Shown piece by piece: positions 39,986-53,800 of a DNA stretch of 64,000 bases. This DNA is from Vicugna vicugna (Eukaryota). The first letter of the stretch is position 1; each line of letters starts with the position of its first letter. The notes under the pieces are model-generated. The model was not told where the DNA came from. It worked only from the letters and a program-made list of their open reading frames with translations, and searched no databases. The translations under genes were made by a program, and so were the position numbers. The stretch covers positions 10,218,794 to 10,282,793 of the forward strand of contig MU063554.1 in NCBI GenBank assembly GCA_013265495.1. Reading direction: 5' to 3'.

Positions 39986-42769
39986 GCCCTGTCTCTCGGC
40001 AGGGTCTCGACACTGAGGAAAACAGTATCGAGCCGGGAAACAGTCAAGGGGTCATTTATTTTAATTATTAAAACAGCAGCCACTTACTCTCAAGCCGTCC
40101 ATAATGCCACTTAATTACCTAGTACATAAAACTGCCTTTGCATCTTAGCAGAGCAATAAATCAGCTCAGGACCAGAGGTGTTTAAAGCACTCTAGCCGAA
40201 GATTCAAGGGGGTGAGGAGTCATCCCTTGGTGCCCCAGGAAGCGATAAACCAGATCTCGGCTCCACAGCCGCGGCCACAGCAGGAACAAACGGGCCGGCT
40301 CCCACCAGCCGGGTGCGTGCTGGGAGGCCGGTGTCCTCCCTCCTGCTTCCCTGTCCACTCCTCGGCTGGCCCCTGCCCTGCCATGCTCCATCCTTTGTGC
40401 GGTCCACAATAGCCCTGCCAGATGGCGTGGCGTGGCCAGCAGCCCGTTCAAGCCAATCACTCATCCTGTCGAGACCCAGCAGGGGCTGTGGGCAGGACAC
40501 CTGGGAACAGGCCCAGGCCAGGCCTCGCTCGCCCTTGCCCTAACCACCTCCTGGTCCCTGGCCCACAGGCACAGGCAACTTAGGGCGCAGCTGGGCCATT
40601 AAGAGGACCTCAGGCAGGTGTATCCCCGCAAGGGGAGCAGGCGGAACCACCGGGTGATTAAGTGGTCACTTTGCAGCTGCAAGACACCGGGACGAGATGG
40701 GGAGCTTGACAGGGCAGGCAGGAAGGCGCTAGGCACCACACTCCCCCAGTGCTGGCAGAAGGCACAGTGCACACAGTGCTTGCCAGCAGGCAGGCATAAA
40801 TCATCCCCTCCCATGGGCCACCCGGCCTCCGTGTGCCAGCTTCTCCATGGGCAAGGGGTCCTGTGACTGGCACACGAGGGAGCAGGTGGGCTGTGCTGGC
40901 CCTGGACACAAGCCAGGCTGGCAGAGTCCCTCTCTTCCTCTGAGGACAGTTCCCAGAGCACAGGGTCTGGGGGTGGCGGGCACCAAACCTCAGCAGTGGA
41001 CCCCTGGGCTGTCTCCAAACTTAGCCATCACCGCTGCAATGAGAGCCTATGCGTGCGCCATCGGCTTGTGTGCTGTCCACCTGCAGGATCAACTGCCAGC
41101 GGGGGGCTTGCTGGGCCAAAGGGCACATGCCTCTGCAGTCTTCTGAAAGTTACCAACTGCCCTCTGCAGGGGCTGGCCCCATTCACACGCCCAACAGCAT
41201 GCCTGAGAGCATCCGTCTCCCGTGAGCACGTATGAGAAAAGTTTTCTGTTCTGGTTTTTGAAGAGGAGTTAGCCAGTTTTGGTTGGAGGCCTTTTAGCTC
41301 CAAATGCTGCCTCCTTGCTACTCTCTGGTCCCTTAGCCTGGAAGTGCCCCCTCTGTCCTGTGTGGTCCTCCCCCCGCCCCACATACACACACAGGAAGAC
41401 TGGCATGGCTAGGAAAGGGGAGAGGGCCCGCTGACCCCAGGTCACACCCACCTGCCTGGGCCCCCCTGCAGGTGCATCCCAGGGTCGAGCTCAGTGGGAA
41501 CAGGTCAAGGCTTTTCTGAGGCCCCCTCCTCCACAGAGCCTTCTAGAATTGCCCCACTGGCCGCGTGCTCTGGGGCGACCTGCCCTCTGCACCAGTACTT
41601 CAAACTGTTTTTGGTTCTTGACTCATCATGTCACCTTTTCCCCAAATCAACCTCCACTATCTAACTGCGAGCTCCCTGAGGGCAGGGACTCCACAGACAT
41701 CTGGGCATCTCCCAAGTCGAGTGTGCATGTCCCCCAGGCCTGGGGTGGTGCCTGGCACGATGTCCATGGTGGGAAGTGTCTGGTTAAGGTCGTCAGGAAG
41801 CGGAGGAAGGAGGGGCGGGTGGCTGGTTCATCCAGCTCATTTCAAGACATAAGGAACAAAGTCCAGTCTGTTAAGGCCCCTTGGTGACAGTCCAAACTCA
41901 ACTGTCCTTACAGAAAGATGGGCATTCAGCCAATATGGGACCTTCTGGACAGACTGAGTCAGCTTAGGGGGCGACAGGGTGGGGGTGGGGGCAGATGCAG
42001 GAGAAAACGGTCCGTGAGGAACGTGCACTTGTCCATGGAATGCTCTGGAACGGCCAGGAATCTGGGCAGGAGCTGCAATCACAGAGACAACCAGCCCCAG
42101 AGAAGGGGAAACAGACCCTCCCCGGGCAGCCTCGGGCCTCTGAGTGCGCAGCCAAGCGGCTGCATCGGAGCTTAGTCACGGGCCACCGACTGCACTGTCC
42201 CCCAGCTGGTTTTGTCAGTGAGAGTCAGCTCAGACTAAAGCATAGCCATTTGGGGACCCTGTTCCCGGGGTCCCTGGGCCCCACGCACTGCATTAATTCC
42301 TGCCACCCCTGCCCTCCTCCAATGGCCTAGGCTTCCCGGGGTCCTCGCACAGCAACTGGGCTGAGAGGCTGTGTGCCTGTCTGGTAAGCAAGGAGCTGGC
42401 TCCCAGGGTCACACCACTCAATGGTGGCAGTCACAGGACCTGACAGGTCAGGTCCCTGAGACTCTGAGCACGTGGGTACAATGTCACCAAGGGAGAGCTG
42501 GCCCGTGACACTCAGCTGACAGGGGCCTCCCTGCATCCCACTGCCCTCAACTCAGAAGCCAAGGTCTAGGGTAGGCCTGGGTGTGCAAGGAGAAGGGGGG
42601 CTGCAGAGGGGGACAGGGGGTCCTAAGACAAAGGTGCACCACCCACTGCCCTGGCCTCACTCAGAGATGAAGCCCCGTGGCTCTGGCCCTCGGCAGCCCA
42701 CCTTTCCAGGGCAGGTGACATACGTGCCCATTGATTATATAAAGCCAGGATGTCCTGTAGCTCTTTCCA

Positions 42770-42960
42770 GCTTGAAGGTTTATTTACAGACACAAGGCTC
42801 ATTCGTCCCATCACTTTGTTTGGGCCTCACAACAACCTCATTGACCACATGACAAGCTCTCCCATCTCACTGATGAAGAAACTGATGTTCAGAGAGAGTC
42901 CACAACTGACCAAGTTCACTCTGCAAACGAAGGTGCCCGGATATGTGCCCAGATCACCTG
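42770..42960 (-). mobile_element. MIR SINE
   Basis: cctcacaacaacctcat...cccatctcactgatgaagaaactgatgttcagagag...ctgaccaagttcac. Confidence 0.7.
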
Positions 42961-44339
42961 CCTGCAGACCCAGACACAGCCCCATGCCGCACAGAGAGCA
43001 TCTCATGGCCTGGTACAGACACCTGCCTGCCAGTCAAGGCAAACAAGACCATAGTGGGGTGGGCGGAAGGGCATGAGAACGCAACAAGCCTGCACAGCAC
43101 GGCAGAGCACGACCTCAGCACACTGTTCCGTCCCACTGAAGGCCCAGGAGTTAGAGCCCGGGTGGTCATAAGAAAACTTCAGCCCCATAAGAGGCCAGCT
43201 GCTAAGTCAGGGTCCCTGAACATGGGGACAGAGGGCCTAGAGGGAGATGGAAACTGAAGGAGGGGGGGTGGCTGAGTTCCACTGCAGGGCTGGGCCGGGA
43301 CTGCCCCAAACCTGCAGAGGAGCAGGTGGTAGATGGTTTGAAACCGTCCACTGGGAAAGGCCATGCCAGGCACCAGGGCCTCCAGGAGCCCCAAGAAGAG
43401 GCACAACCAGGAATCAGCCCTTCCCACACCAGCTGACCAGTGCAATGGCCTCTACACCTGTTGGGTGTGCTTAGATGTGCGGCCCCCTTCCTCGCAGTGG
43501 CCTTCTGCTCCACTGCAACCACAGTCCGGGACTCAGGCTCTCAGAAGATCTCCCAGGACACAGAGCACACACCCAGGGGAGGGGAGTCGACTCCCGGTGG
43601 GGGGGGCACACAATGCCCTGCGCTGTGCTCAGAGGGAGGAACTTCAGTCCCCCTCACTGAAGCCAGACCACCAGAGAGGACCCCAACCCTGAAGGGCACT
43701 AACCTGGGACCAACACCAGGAGGCCTGAAAATCAGACAGGTAATGCGCTCCCTGCTGTGCACGGACCCGGGGCAAGGTGCGCCCCCACGGTTTATGTAGC
43801 CCCGGAGGGAGGGGGCGTGCGTGCCCAGCCTGCCTCCTCCTCCTGCTCTGGCCGTGGGATGGCCGTGGGAGCCCAGCAGGCCGCCAGCACCTGCCCCGCC
43901 AGCCCCTGCTGTTCCATAACCATTGTCTGCTGTTCCACTATCAGAGGAGTCTGGGCTGGGCAGCCCAACCCAAGCCGAACAGACACTCAAACAGCCACAA
44001 ACATAAATAAGCCTCCAGCAGACAGGGCCAGGGTGAGGGGAACCCCAGAGGAGAGGCACCACGGTGCAGGGGGCATACTGGTGGCCCCCCACTCCGAGGC
44101 AAGGGAAGGCAGCTGTCAGCCACGTGGCTGGGGGCCAGCTGAGGCAGACTGCTGGAAACAACCCGATGGCAAAAGAGCAACTTTACAGAGCGTCCGGGGA
44201 GAGCAGGGAGGGGAGCAAAGCGGTTCCATGTTCCCCCAGCTTACATCCGAGCTGGATGCCACTCTAAAAGGAAACTAGTTTTTCCTAAGCAACGACTGTG
44301 GGGAAGGCTGGCTCACACCCGTCACGGCCACTGCCAAGT

Positions 44340-44530
44340 CCATCCAGCACTTTCTATGTGCCAGGCACTCTGCCAAACATGTCACGTGAATTACACACGC
44401 AATAACACGGGATGCACTGTCACTGCCCCATTTTACAGATGGGGAAACTGAGGCTCCGGGAGGCGGTGTCAAGTGCCCACATCACCACAATGGTACCTGG
44501 TGGGTCTAAGACTTTGAATCCAGAATTGAC
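44340..44530 (-). mobile_element. Long MIR SINE fragment
   Basis: ttctatgtgccaggcactctgccaaac...ccccattttacagatggggaaactgaggctc...tgcccacatcac...actttgaatccag. Confidence 0.85.
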
Positions 44531-47500
44531 CCACTTACAGCAGGCTCTTCATCACCAACCTAAGGCCTCCTGCCTCCCCGCCCCGCCAGCCATCCAGGGA
44601 AGTGGGGCATCCTGATCACACCCTCCTGGACAGTGAATAAGGTGCCAAGGTCCCTCAGCTCCCTGAGACAAAAATGCCCTCCCCTCAAACTGGCCCTGCG
44701 AACTCCATACCCATTTACAGCAGGGGAGCCTCACGGTACCAGAGTCTGGGCAGGTGCCCGCCCCATGCCAGGTGTCTACTGCCCTGGAAAGGCCTTGAGC
44801 ATACCCTGCCCAACGCCCAGCAACCACCTGAGACCCAGGAGTCCGGCCAGCACACCACAGCACGTGTCCCTCCCGGCTGGTGCCCGCTTCCTGCAAGCGG
44901 CAGTGGGCTCTCGGTCACTTCACAGCCCCTCACCCTCCACTCAAAGGAAGGGGCCAGTGGCTCTGATGCCCTAAGCCCACAGCCTGCCACGGTCATAACG
45001 CTGCTGTACCCAACACACTCAGATACCACAAGGCGGGGCAAGGCCTGCAGAGCCCAAACCCCTCTGTCCTCCCAGAGCCACGTGGAGAGCTGCCCCCAGC
45101 CCCCAAGCTACCAGCTTGGCCCCTCATCTGAGAGACGGGGAGGGCAGCCCTGTCCAATCCGTGGTCTAGGTGGACAGAAGGACGGAAGGGCAGGAGCAGT
45201 CACAGGGACCTCTGGAAAAGCACGTGTGTTCCCCGCACTGTCTGTCACACCACTGGCCTCTCTGGCCTGAGCACCAGGACACAGTGTGGTGACCAATGAG
45301 ACGGGGCGGCCATGGGGTGGGGGGAGGTGGGGCTCAGCTCACCCCAGGGAGGTGCCGTGGGGACAGAAGATCTCCCGATGGACAAGGTGGGCGTCCCGTG
45401 CTAAGGCCCTGTTAGGGCACCTGGATTTTTTGTAAAGAGCTCCGTCAGAGTCCTTGTTCTCACAGCAAGAGGGACCCCTGGCCCAGGACACGCAGAAGCA
45501 AGCTCATTTACAATGGGGCAGGTGGCCTCAGGGCCTGGGCCTGCGACCTTTCCCTGCTGCTCATGAATTTGCTCCCCAGCTCCTGGCCTCACTTACCCAG
45601 GGCTATCCTGTGAGGGGCCACTGGCCCAGACCTGCCCAAATCAGGGCACTGGGCCAGCCTCTGTCCCCTCCTGCCTCTGTCTGGGGGGGGCCAGGGTCCC
45701 AGCCCCAGCATCAGGTCCTGCCTCTGCCACTTTAGTGCCCACTTCCCACTGGGAGTGGAGGACCAATCTTGTGAATCTGGGGGGCATCCACAGCTGTTCG
45801 ACAGAGTGGCAGTGGAAAAGGCCTGCGACTTCTTTTTGCTGGGTTGCAGCACTCTCAGTGACCTAGGTTGCTGGCCCCAAGGTGGGGGGCTGCTAGCCAG
45901 GTGTGTGCTTTTCCAAGGGTCTGGGGTGGCTCATTTCATGGCCCCTTGGACCCCCTCCAACCTTCTCCAGCCTCCTCTGTCCCTCATCGCCCTAGGACCT
46001 CTGCCCCAGACATCTCAAGGTACATCCCATCCCCCTAGCTTCCTTGCAGGGTTGGGGGCAAGCCCCAGGGGCCTCCTCTGTGGATCCCTGGATACAGGCC
46101 AACACCTGAAGGCGGCGCCCTCCTCGCGGACTGGCAAGCGAGCAGGACGAGAAGTGGTCACCAGATCCTGTGCCAACACTGAGGGGGACGCAGACCGGCT
46201 GCGGAGGGAGCGGGGGCGGGGCCTGAGGGAGGAGGAAGCTGGGCCCTTCTGGGGCGGGAGGGGTGGGGGGACAGGGCCGGCCGGACCACACATCCCACAA
46301 ACATAAGGATTACCGCGAGCTGTGTTTTTATTAGTGGTTTGGCCAAAAGCCAGACACAGGCCCAGAGAAAAGGGCAGATAAAACGTGACTTCAGTCAGGC
46401 TGGCAACAAAGGAGAGGATTACCTCGTCAGAGACAGAACTGGAAATGATGTGGGGGTGGGGGCGTTCCCATCACACTTCTGTGGGGTCCCCGCCCCTACT
46501 CCACCTTGAAAGTGGTCCTGCAAGACAGGCAGGGCCCTCTGTCCTGGGGAGGCTGGTGCCTGGCCTGGCAGCAGGAACGTGGGCCTCAGAAAGGCAAGGT
46601 GGGCTGAGTGAGGGTCCTGGGGATAGGGAGGGGGCGGCTGCAGGGAGGTAAGGGGCAGAGACGGAAGGTCAGATCCCAGCTCTTGGCCTGACCGTCCAAT
46701 CCCTGCCCCTAAACCCAGCCACACAACATCCAACTTTAACAAAAGACCCATGGGACCTTATGCCTTATCCACAAAGGAAGACCCAAATTCTAACTCCCAA
46801 GGGTGGCCCTACGGCAAGGAAGCCAAAACCAGAAACCAGGAAGCCGGGAACCACATAACACAGGGCTCTGGTTTCTAAAGCGCTGAAGTCCCCCAGCAAG
46901 CAGGCCACTGGCCCGCAGGTGTCTGCTCAGTCGCACAGGCGGTATTCCAGAACGGTGCGTGTGTCCCAGGGCAGCACATCGCCACTGCAGGGGGCTCCAG
47001 GCAGTTACAGGGTGGCCCCTGGTGCAAGACAAAACTGGCAGCCACAAGAGGCAATGCCCCCTCTCCAGAGAGGCTCCAAAAAGACAAGACAGTTGCCCGA
47101 GGCCACAAAGCCAGGACACCACAGAACCAACACCTGATCCAGGAACATCCAACCTCAAATTGGGATCCAACACCACCCTAGGCTGCCTCGTTGGAACCTA
47201 AGACCTTCCGTCAGTTCCCCACGCCTCCGCGGTGCCGCACAAGGGCTGCTGAGTGGGGCGCCTGTACATGAAGGTGTGATGACCGTCACTACTAAGGTTA
47301 GTAGACGCAGGCTTTTTCAGGACATCTGCGGGTGCTGGGCTGGTGGGAAAGAGTCTGAGCTAAGTGCCAGCCTTACCGGGCAGCTCACAGTGAGAGCAGA
47401 ATGGACCCGTGCAGGAGAGGATGGCTCCAAAGAAGGAACTTCTGATGTGGGGCTGGACATGCACCTTACCAAAGCCAAATCACCCCTCAGGGAGTGACAC

Positions 47501-47554
47501 CCACGTGCAGCCATCACGGCCTTGTTCCTTGCACACCTCATCCCATCTAGCCCT

Positions 47555-47880
47555 CACCACACCCTGCAACAAAGAAGCTTCTAGCATTCCCCCACTTGAC
47601 CCATGGGGAAAGAGGCACAGAGAGGTTAACCCACCAGCCCAAGGCCACACAGCACCAAACACCTGGGTTTGCTGCAAACCATGGTAGAGGCCCTGAACAG
47701 AGCATCCTTCCACCAGGCTCAGGATGACCAGGAAAGTGAGGGTGGCCTGTGTGCCTGGCCCCTTATTGTACATGGATGCCATGATGTGGGTCCGTTATCA
47801 ACCCCACTTTATATATGAGGAACCATAGCAGGGACCAGAAGTGGCCCAGGCAGAGGTTTCTAAGGTGGTGACAGGCCAGC
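47555..47880 (-). mobile_element. Two MIR fragments
   Basis: ggggaaagaggcacagagaggttaacccaccagcccaaggccacacagc and ccccactttatatatgaggaaccatag...gtggcccagg. Confidence 0.55.
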
Positions 47881-48489
47881 AGGGGAGGGTCAGAGGGGAA
47901 CATGGGACCATAACCCAACAGGCCAGGCAGGAGAAACGAAAATGCATTCCAGGACCACAAGATACGCCCTGTGGGTCCCTGGAAATGAGTGGTCCTCCCA
48001 GAGTCAGATGCACTTATCTGGATGTTAACCTTCCAGGCCACTGACCACAGAAACACAGACTTTATGGGCACATGCAGCTTTGGAGAAAAACAAAAACCCA
48101 GGTCCTGACACAAATGGAAGCACAGAAGCAAAAATGGAGAGGGTGGCTGAGGCCCAGCGGGTGGGCACATGCCCGGGCTGAGGCTGGCAAGCAGTCTGGG
48201 GGCATTCCAGGAGATGGAAAGGGGCCTCCTTCCCTCCCACTTCCCAGACTTGGAGCAGCAAGGCCAGCCCCGCGGGTTCCCGCCACCACTGCTCACTGTC
48301 CACTCAGCCCTGCCGTCCCCACGCTTGCCCAGATGGCACCACCTCCCAGGGGCTCACTCCCTCCAGCAAACCACACACCGAGAGGGCAACACCCAGGAAG
48401 GAGGAATGGAGACAAAGGAGGCCCAGCCACAGGAGCCACCAAGTCTTCTGGCCTCTCTGAGGTCTGTCTGCTGGGGCTATGACAATGAC

Positions 48490-48660
48490 AACAATAATAA
48501 TAATGGCCACCAATTTATAAAACACCCAGCCCCGGCTGCTCTGATGGCCAAGTGCCCACTGCACACACGCGGTGCTGAATTCACACCCCAGCCCCACGTG
48601 ACAGGTGAGCAGCCATTCAGAGAAGGGAAGGGCGGGCCCCAAGGCCACGGTGACCAGGAC
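48490..48660 (-). mobile_element. MIR SINE
   Basis: ataataataatggccaccaatttataaaacacc...gtgacaggtgagcagccattcagagaagggaag...cccaaggccacggtga. Confidence 0.6.
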
Positions 48661-50546
48661 ATCCCTGAGTGGGATGCTCAGAGGACGGCAGGCCAGGGCC
48701 CTCCACCACCCAGCAGTTACATACAGCCCACAGAAGCTAGAGTGCTCGGTACCACCTCGGAGGCTTTCCTCCCCCCATTTGCAGCCAGATTTATGATGCC
48801 AGGAACTTCCTGGAGAGAAAGGTGGGTGGGAAATCGAATCAGAGGCACAGGGTGATTTGTGGCCTGGCCGGTACCCGGCAGATGTGAGTATTTCAGGCTG
48901 GCAGGTGCGGGGGTTCGAAGCTCCTGGGCCTGTTTTCACAAGTCAGCTCCAGCAGGCTGATCAGAACAAGTCCCACTCGTCCCTTCCCTCCTGCCTCTGC
49001 ACCCGTGGGCGACAGGGAGCATCACACCTGTCCGGCTTCCTGCCCCTTTATCCTGGCCCAGACCCACAGGAAGAGGGCCGCAGGGACGGGGTGAGGGGTG
49101 CAGACGCCGAGCTAGAGGCTCCCAGCGCAGGCCTCCTACCCCAACAAGGGTGTCTCGAGCAGCACGAGGCCCAGGAGCTCCCCACACGGGGCCCTATAAC
49201 TCTAACCCTACCCCTACGCCAGGCCCTGGAAGTCTATGGAAGTCAGTTGGCAGGGGTCACTTTCCCTATATACGCTCCCAAGGCCGTGGGCTCACGTTCA
49301 AAGGGCGGTGGCCCCTGGAGGAACGGAGAGGGTGGACTTCTGGGACCCTGACCCCACACAGCCAGCCTGGGGGAAGCAGGGTGTGGGTGGGGGCGGTCAG
49401 CAACATTTATGAATGGCCAAGCTGCGGCCCTCCCTGGGAATTCCTCCATCCCCAGGGGCAGCCACACCTTCAAAAATGAATTGTTTACTGAAAAGTAGTT
49501 TTTTTTAAAAAATGAATTGTTCTTTTAAGCAAGAACACACTAAGTCTGAAGACCAGAATGTTGGGGTGTTCACACAATCACCACCATCTCCTCCCCCCAG
49601 TTTTTCACAAGAAAAATGAATGTGCAGGTGGCCTTTGTCACCAGGACACTCCAATCCAGGCACCCACACCCCACTCAAATCCCATCCTCCACCAGAAAAC
49701 CAGAGTGCCTCCAGGAGTAGAAGTGAGATGGTGTCACCTCTGCACGGCCTGAGACAGAATCCTCCTCCAACAGCACCACCCACTCTGCCCGGTCACCAGA
49801 CTCCAGTGGCCTTTGTCCTGTCATGAGAAGCACCGGACTCATTCCACCCCGCCTCCATGTCCTCCCCTGGCTGGAAGACCTCCAGGCACAGCTCCTGATC
49901 ATCCAGGCCCCGGTCCAGGTGGCCCTGCTTCCTTCCAGATGCCACCCTTACCACCACCTCTTGTCATTTCTTCCCAGCACTCACCAGTATATGAAACCCT
50001 CCTGCCCACTGATATGTTTGCTAGTTCGTTTCCCCAGTGAGACCTCTGTCTGTCTTGCTCCTGGGAGAACCCCAGGAGCACGGAAACAGGGTCCTGACAC
50101 AAAACATATAAACAGCTGACAACACATGCCCCGAGCAGTGGGCTTCCATCCCTCTTCCCTCATAGCTCAGGACCACCCTGACCAGGCTCCTGGGCCCCTG
50201 ACCCTGTGTATGAGGTGGGAGGACAGCAGCCCCAGAGCATCATGGTGACCACAGGAGACAGCACGTGGCAGAGCCTAGTGCCAAAAGGGACAAGAAGGGC
50301 TGCCGCTGTTGCTGGGGGGACTCAGAAACCAGGCAGAGAGGGCCACCGCCCACACACCACTCAGAGCCTCCCGGAGCCCTCAGCATCCCAGCGGGCCCTG
50401 CTGCCGCCACAGTGCAGCGTGCCCACAGCTGGGCCAGCCACCCAGAGTGAACACCAGCCCCCGGTGCTCTCTGCCGAGGAAGGAGCCGCGGGCGGCCAAG
50501 GCTCAATGGGAGCCCCCAGGGAGCTGGTTCTGCCTGGTGCATGGGT

Positions 50547-50858
50547 TGTCACGGTTTGTGTTATTCCAAAATTCATGTATTGAAATCCTAAACCCCAAAG
50601 GTGATTGGGTTAGGAGGAGGGGCCTTTGGAAGGGGCTTACGCCATGAAGGCGGATCCCCATGAATGGGATCAGGGCCCCTTCCACCACGTGAAGGCAGCG
50701 CAAGGAGGCGCCAGCTATGAAACAGGAAGGGCCTGACCATGCTGGCGCCTTGATCTTGGACATACATCCAGCCTCCAGAACTGCGAGCAATAGATGTCTT
50801 TTTCATAAGCCACTCAGTCGATGGTCTTCTATCGTGACCACTCAGACAGACTAAGGAA
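50547..50858 (+). mobile_element. MLT1A0-type MaLR solo LTR
   Basis: tgtcacggtttg...ccaaaattcatgtattgaaatcctaaacccc...ggggcctttggaagg...ccttgatcttggac...ccagcctccagaactgcgagcaata...gactaagga; near-matching TSD tgggt/ggggt. Confidence 0.88.
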
Positions 50859-53800
50859 GGGGTGCTGCCCCCCAGCCCACACTTGCCAACCCCTCAGAGG
50901 GGTTCTGTTTTGACGCCACTGCATGTCATTTGGTCTCACTTGGAAGCACAGGACCAAAGTGCAGGCAGCAGCTGAGGCCACCACCTTCACAGTCACTTGT
51001 CCCTCCCAGCCTGGGCCTTCATTCCCCCTTAGAGGAGCAGGCTCTGCAGGGCCTTGCTGGTCACTGACGAAGCCGCCACGGCTAGGCTGCTCTGGCTCGA
51101 AGGGCAGCGGGCAGCCAGGAGCCTGTAATCCCGCCTGGGCGGGGGCCCTTGGGAGCAGCATTAGGCCCCAACCGCATGTCACCAAACAGCCCTGGGCAGC
51201 ACTGTGCCCCCATTATACACGGTCCCCTGTCCTCATCCCCTGTCCTCCCCACAACCACTGGCAGGTGTGCACTGCTGCTGGGGGGATGGCAGCCTGCCAG
51301 GAGGACTTGGTTTTTACAGCTATTATCCCCAAATGCACCCCTCAACACAGCCCTCTGCGCCTCCCCCGTGGAAGGTTCAGGGTGGAGACGGATGAGCCCG
51401 GGTCAGGCCCAGGCACCTGCTGGGTGACCCTGGGCAAGCCCTTCCACGTCTCTGAGCCTCACATTCCCAGGCGTGTTAACACTTGCAGGTCGCCTCCAGT
51501 CCCCACAAGCTCTCTACAGCCAACACGCAACTGTGGGGCTGGCCAAGGGGGTCTCCAGGCCCTGCCTTGCTGGAATCCTTCTGCTCATCAACCACAAATA
51601 CGAAGGACAGACTGGGATGGCCAAATTCAGGAGCTGCTGCCTGGAACCTGGCAACCCAGCCAGATGTCCACGCTGACAGAGGGCACGCTCGCCAGCCAGC
51701 TCTGTGCAGAAGTTAAATTCTAAGGCCCCTGCTCTTTCCTCGCTGTCCTGGCTGCGCTCTCTGATGGCCCACCACCTCGCAGCCAAGGATTTAGGGAGGC
51801 AGGCAGCTCAATAAAGAAGCAAAAATTGCTCTGGGGGTTTTCTGTGTGTTCACAGTAGAAGCAGTTAGATCTCAGCGTGAATCTTCCCTGGATCAGGGGA
51901 GGCAGGGATGCTGGCTGGGCTGTGCAGCCATATCACAACCACAGCTGGCTCTCCCCCCAACCAGGGCCTGACACACACCCAGCACACTCCCCTGCCCCTC
52001 CCAGGTGGAGGCACAGAGAACTCAGCACAGGCTCACCCAGCATGGGATATGGGGCATCAGGGAGGCTGGCCAAGTGAGCCTGGAATTCAGGGAATGTAGA
52101 GATAAGGGTAGAAAAGAAGGAAGGCAATCAGCGCGGAAGGCACATCTGCTGGGTTCCAAGCCCCGACCAGGGGCTGCATCAAAGTGAAATGATTTGGTTG
52201 GTCCCTGTGCCTTCCCTGAGCAGTGCACCAGCTGGGCAGGCGGGGGTCTGCCTGCGGCCCCACCACTCACAGCTCCATGACCTGGGCACATTCCTAAACC
52301 TGTTCCCACATGTGCAAAACAGGACCAAAGGAGGGCCTGCCACAGGGCATTCTGGAGGTTAACAAGGTCATAGGTCAGGCACAGGGACAGAGGATGGAAG
52401 ATGCTCAGGGGGACGCTGGCCATCCTGTGGGTTGTCCCATCTTTATGTCTGGAGTTCCTGAGAAGCAAGGTCACCAAGCAAATGGCTTCACCCAGCGACA
52501 GGGAGGAAAGGCTTCCTGGAGGGTCGGGACAGCAGCCAGAGGGTGGCTTTCAGGATTTCATCCAGAAAGGGGCTTGGTCCTGGCCTCTGCAGAGACGATC
52601 GGTGCCTCCTCCTTCCTGTGTAGCTGGCCCAGGACCGGCCAGTTCCCTGACACAGGAGCCGTGGGTGGGGCCGCTTCCTGACCCCAGGCCACTGCTGGGA
52701 TTAGGGCGCTCAGCAGGCTTTAGTGGGCGGCACTGAGCAAGGGGAGTGGCAGAGACCTGGGGCGAGGCCCCGTGACTCACGAGCAGGGTGCTGGGCCCCC
52801 ACTGCCAACAGGGTCCCGCTGGGACCCCGTTCACCCTGCAGGGCCCAGCGCTCCAGTCTGTCACGGAGGTGCTCACCCCTGCAGGGCGCAGAGGGCACCG
52901 ACACCCAGCTCTCACTCCGAGAGCCGGGTCCCCTTCCATCGGTAATGGGCCTAGCAGGGCTGCCATGAGGACCCAACGGGTAAGGGAGGAAACCCCCTGG
53001 ACCTCAAAGCTCTACAAAAATGCCCGCTGCCGGCATCAGAGGAAATCATTCACAAACGGGTGTACAACGCGGCAGACCTGCACACCCTGCAGCAGAGACT
53101 GGCCCATCCTAGGCTTCCCAGCCCTGCCCTGAGTCACAGGGACAGTCACAGGCTGTCAGAGAGCAAACAGAACCAATGAGAGGGCGGCTTCCAGGCCGAA
53201 GAGCTGCCTCGGGACACCTAGGACAGAGGTCAGCCTGCTGCCCACAGGCTGACCCTCGCAGATGGTCTGCATTTCACAGCTGCTGGCCAGGGGGGTGGGG
53301 TGCGGGGCGACAGGAGTGGACATCAGAAATCTGAATCGCCTTCCAGGCCAAATTAGATACCTGTGGGCTGACGATCCCCTCCACTCTCGTCCAGAACTCA
53401 AGTAGCAATAGGAAACCTAAGGAAAACCAGCTGCATGTACCTCCCCCTCCACGAGCCTCCCCTGTCCATGCCCCTGATGGGCATGGCTGGACTGATGGTC
53501 GCATCCTCTATCCCCAAAGAGAAACCACAATCCCACAAAGCGGGCCAAGGGCACACCCAAGGGGTTATTTGGTGGAGATTTCTAGATGCCTTAGTAAAAT
53601 AACAATTAGAGTGTGGCGGCTAACCTTCCCCACTGACCACATCTAAAACCCAGGGCTAGAGGCCTCAAGACAGCGAGTATGGTCCTGGGAGTCACTGCAA
53701 ACGGGGTGAGCTGGCCACACAATATGTGGCGTCCCTTCTTACTCCTACACACGGGACCAGGCTGGCCCAGGAGAAGGAGCTCCCAGGAAGCTCACCATTA

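Noticed and set aside
45262-45290. Partial REST/RE1-like motif (gagcacc-a-ggacac)
   Set aside because: Half-site spacing and sequence do not fit the canonical RE1 element.
45597-45607. 11-nt microexon-like segment cacag|GATAGCCCTGG|gtaagt
   Set aside because: Frameshifting, with an immediate stop and a short pyrimidine tract. Similar out-of-frame pseudo-exons occur at 31339, 47377, 59802 and 61690, showing how common such site pairs are.
49486-49506. Hairpin plus T8 as an intrinsic (rho-independent) terminator
   Set aside because: The stem is only 4 bp and AT-rich, and the context is mammalian; kept only as an insertion curiosity.
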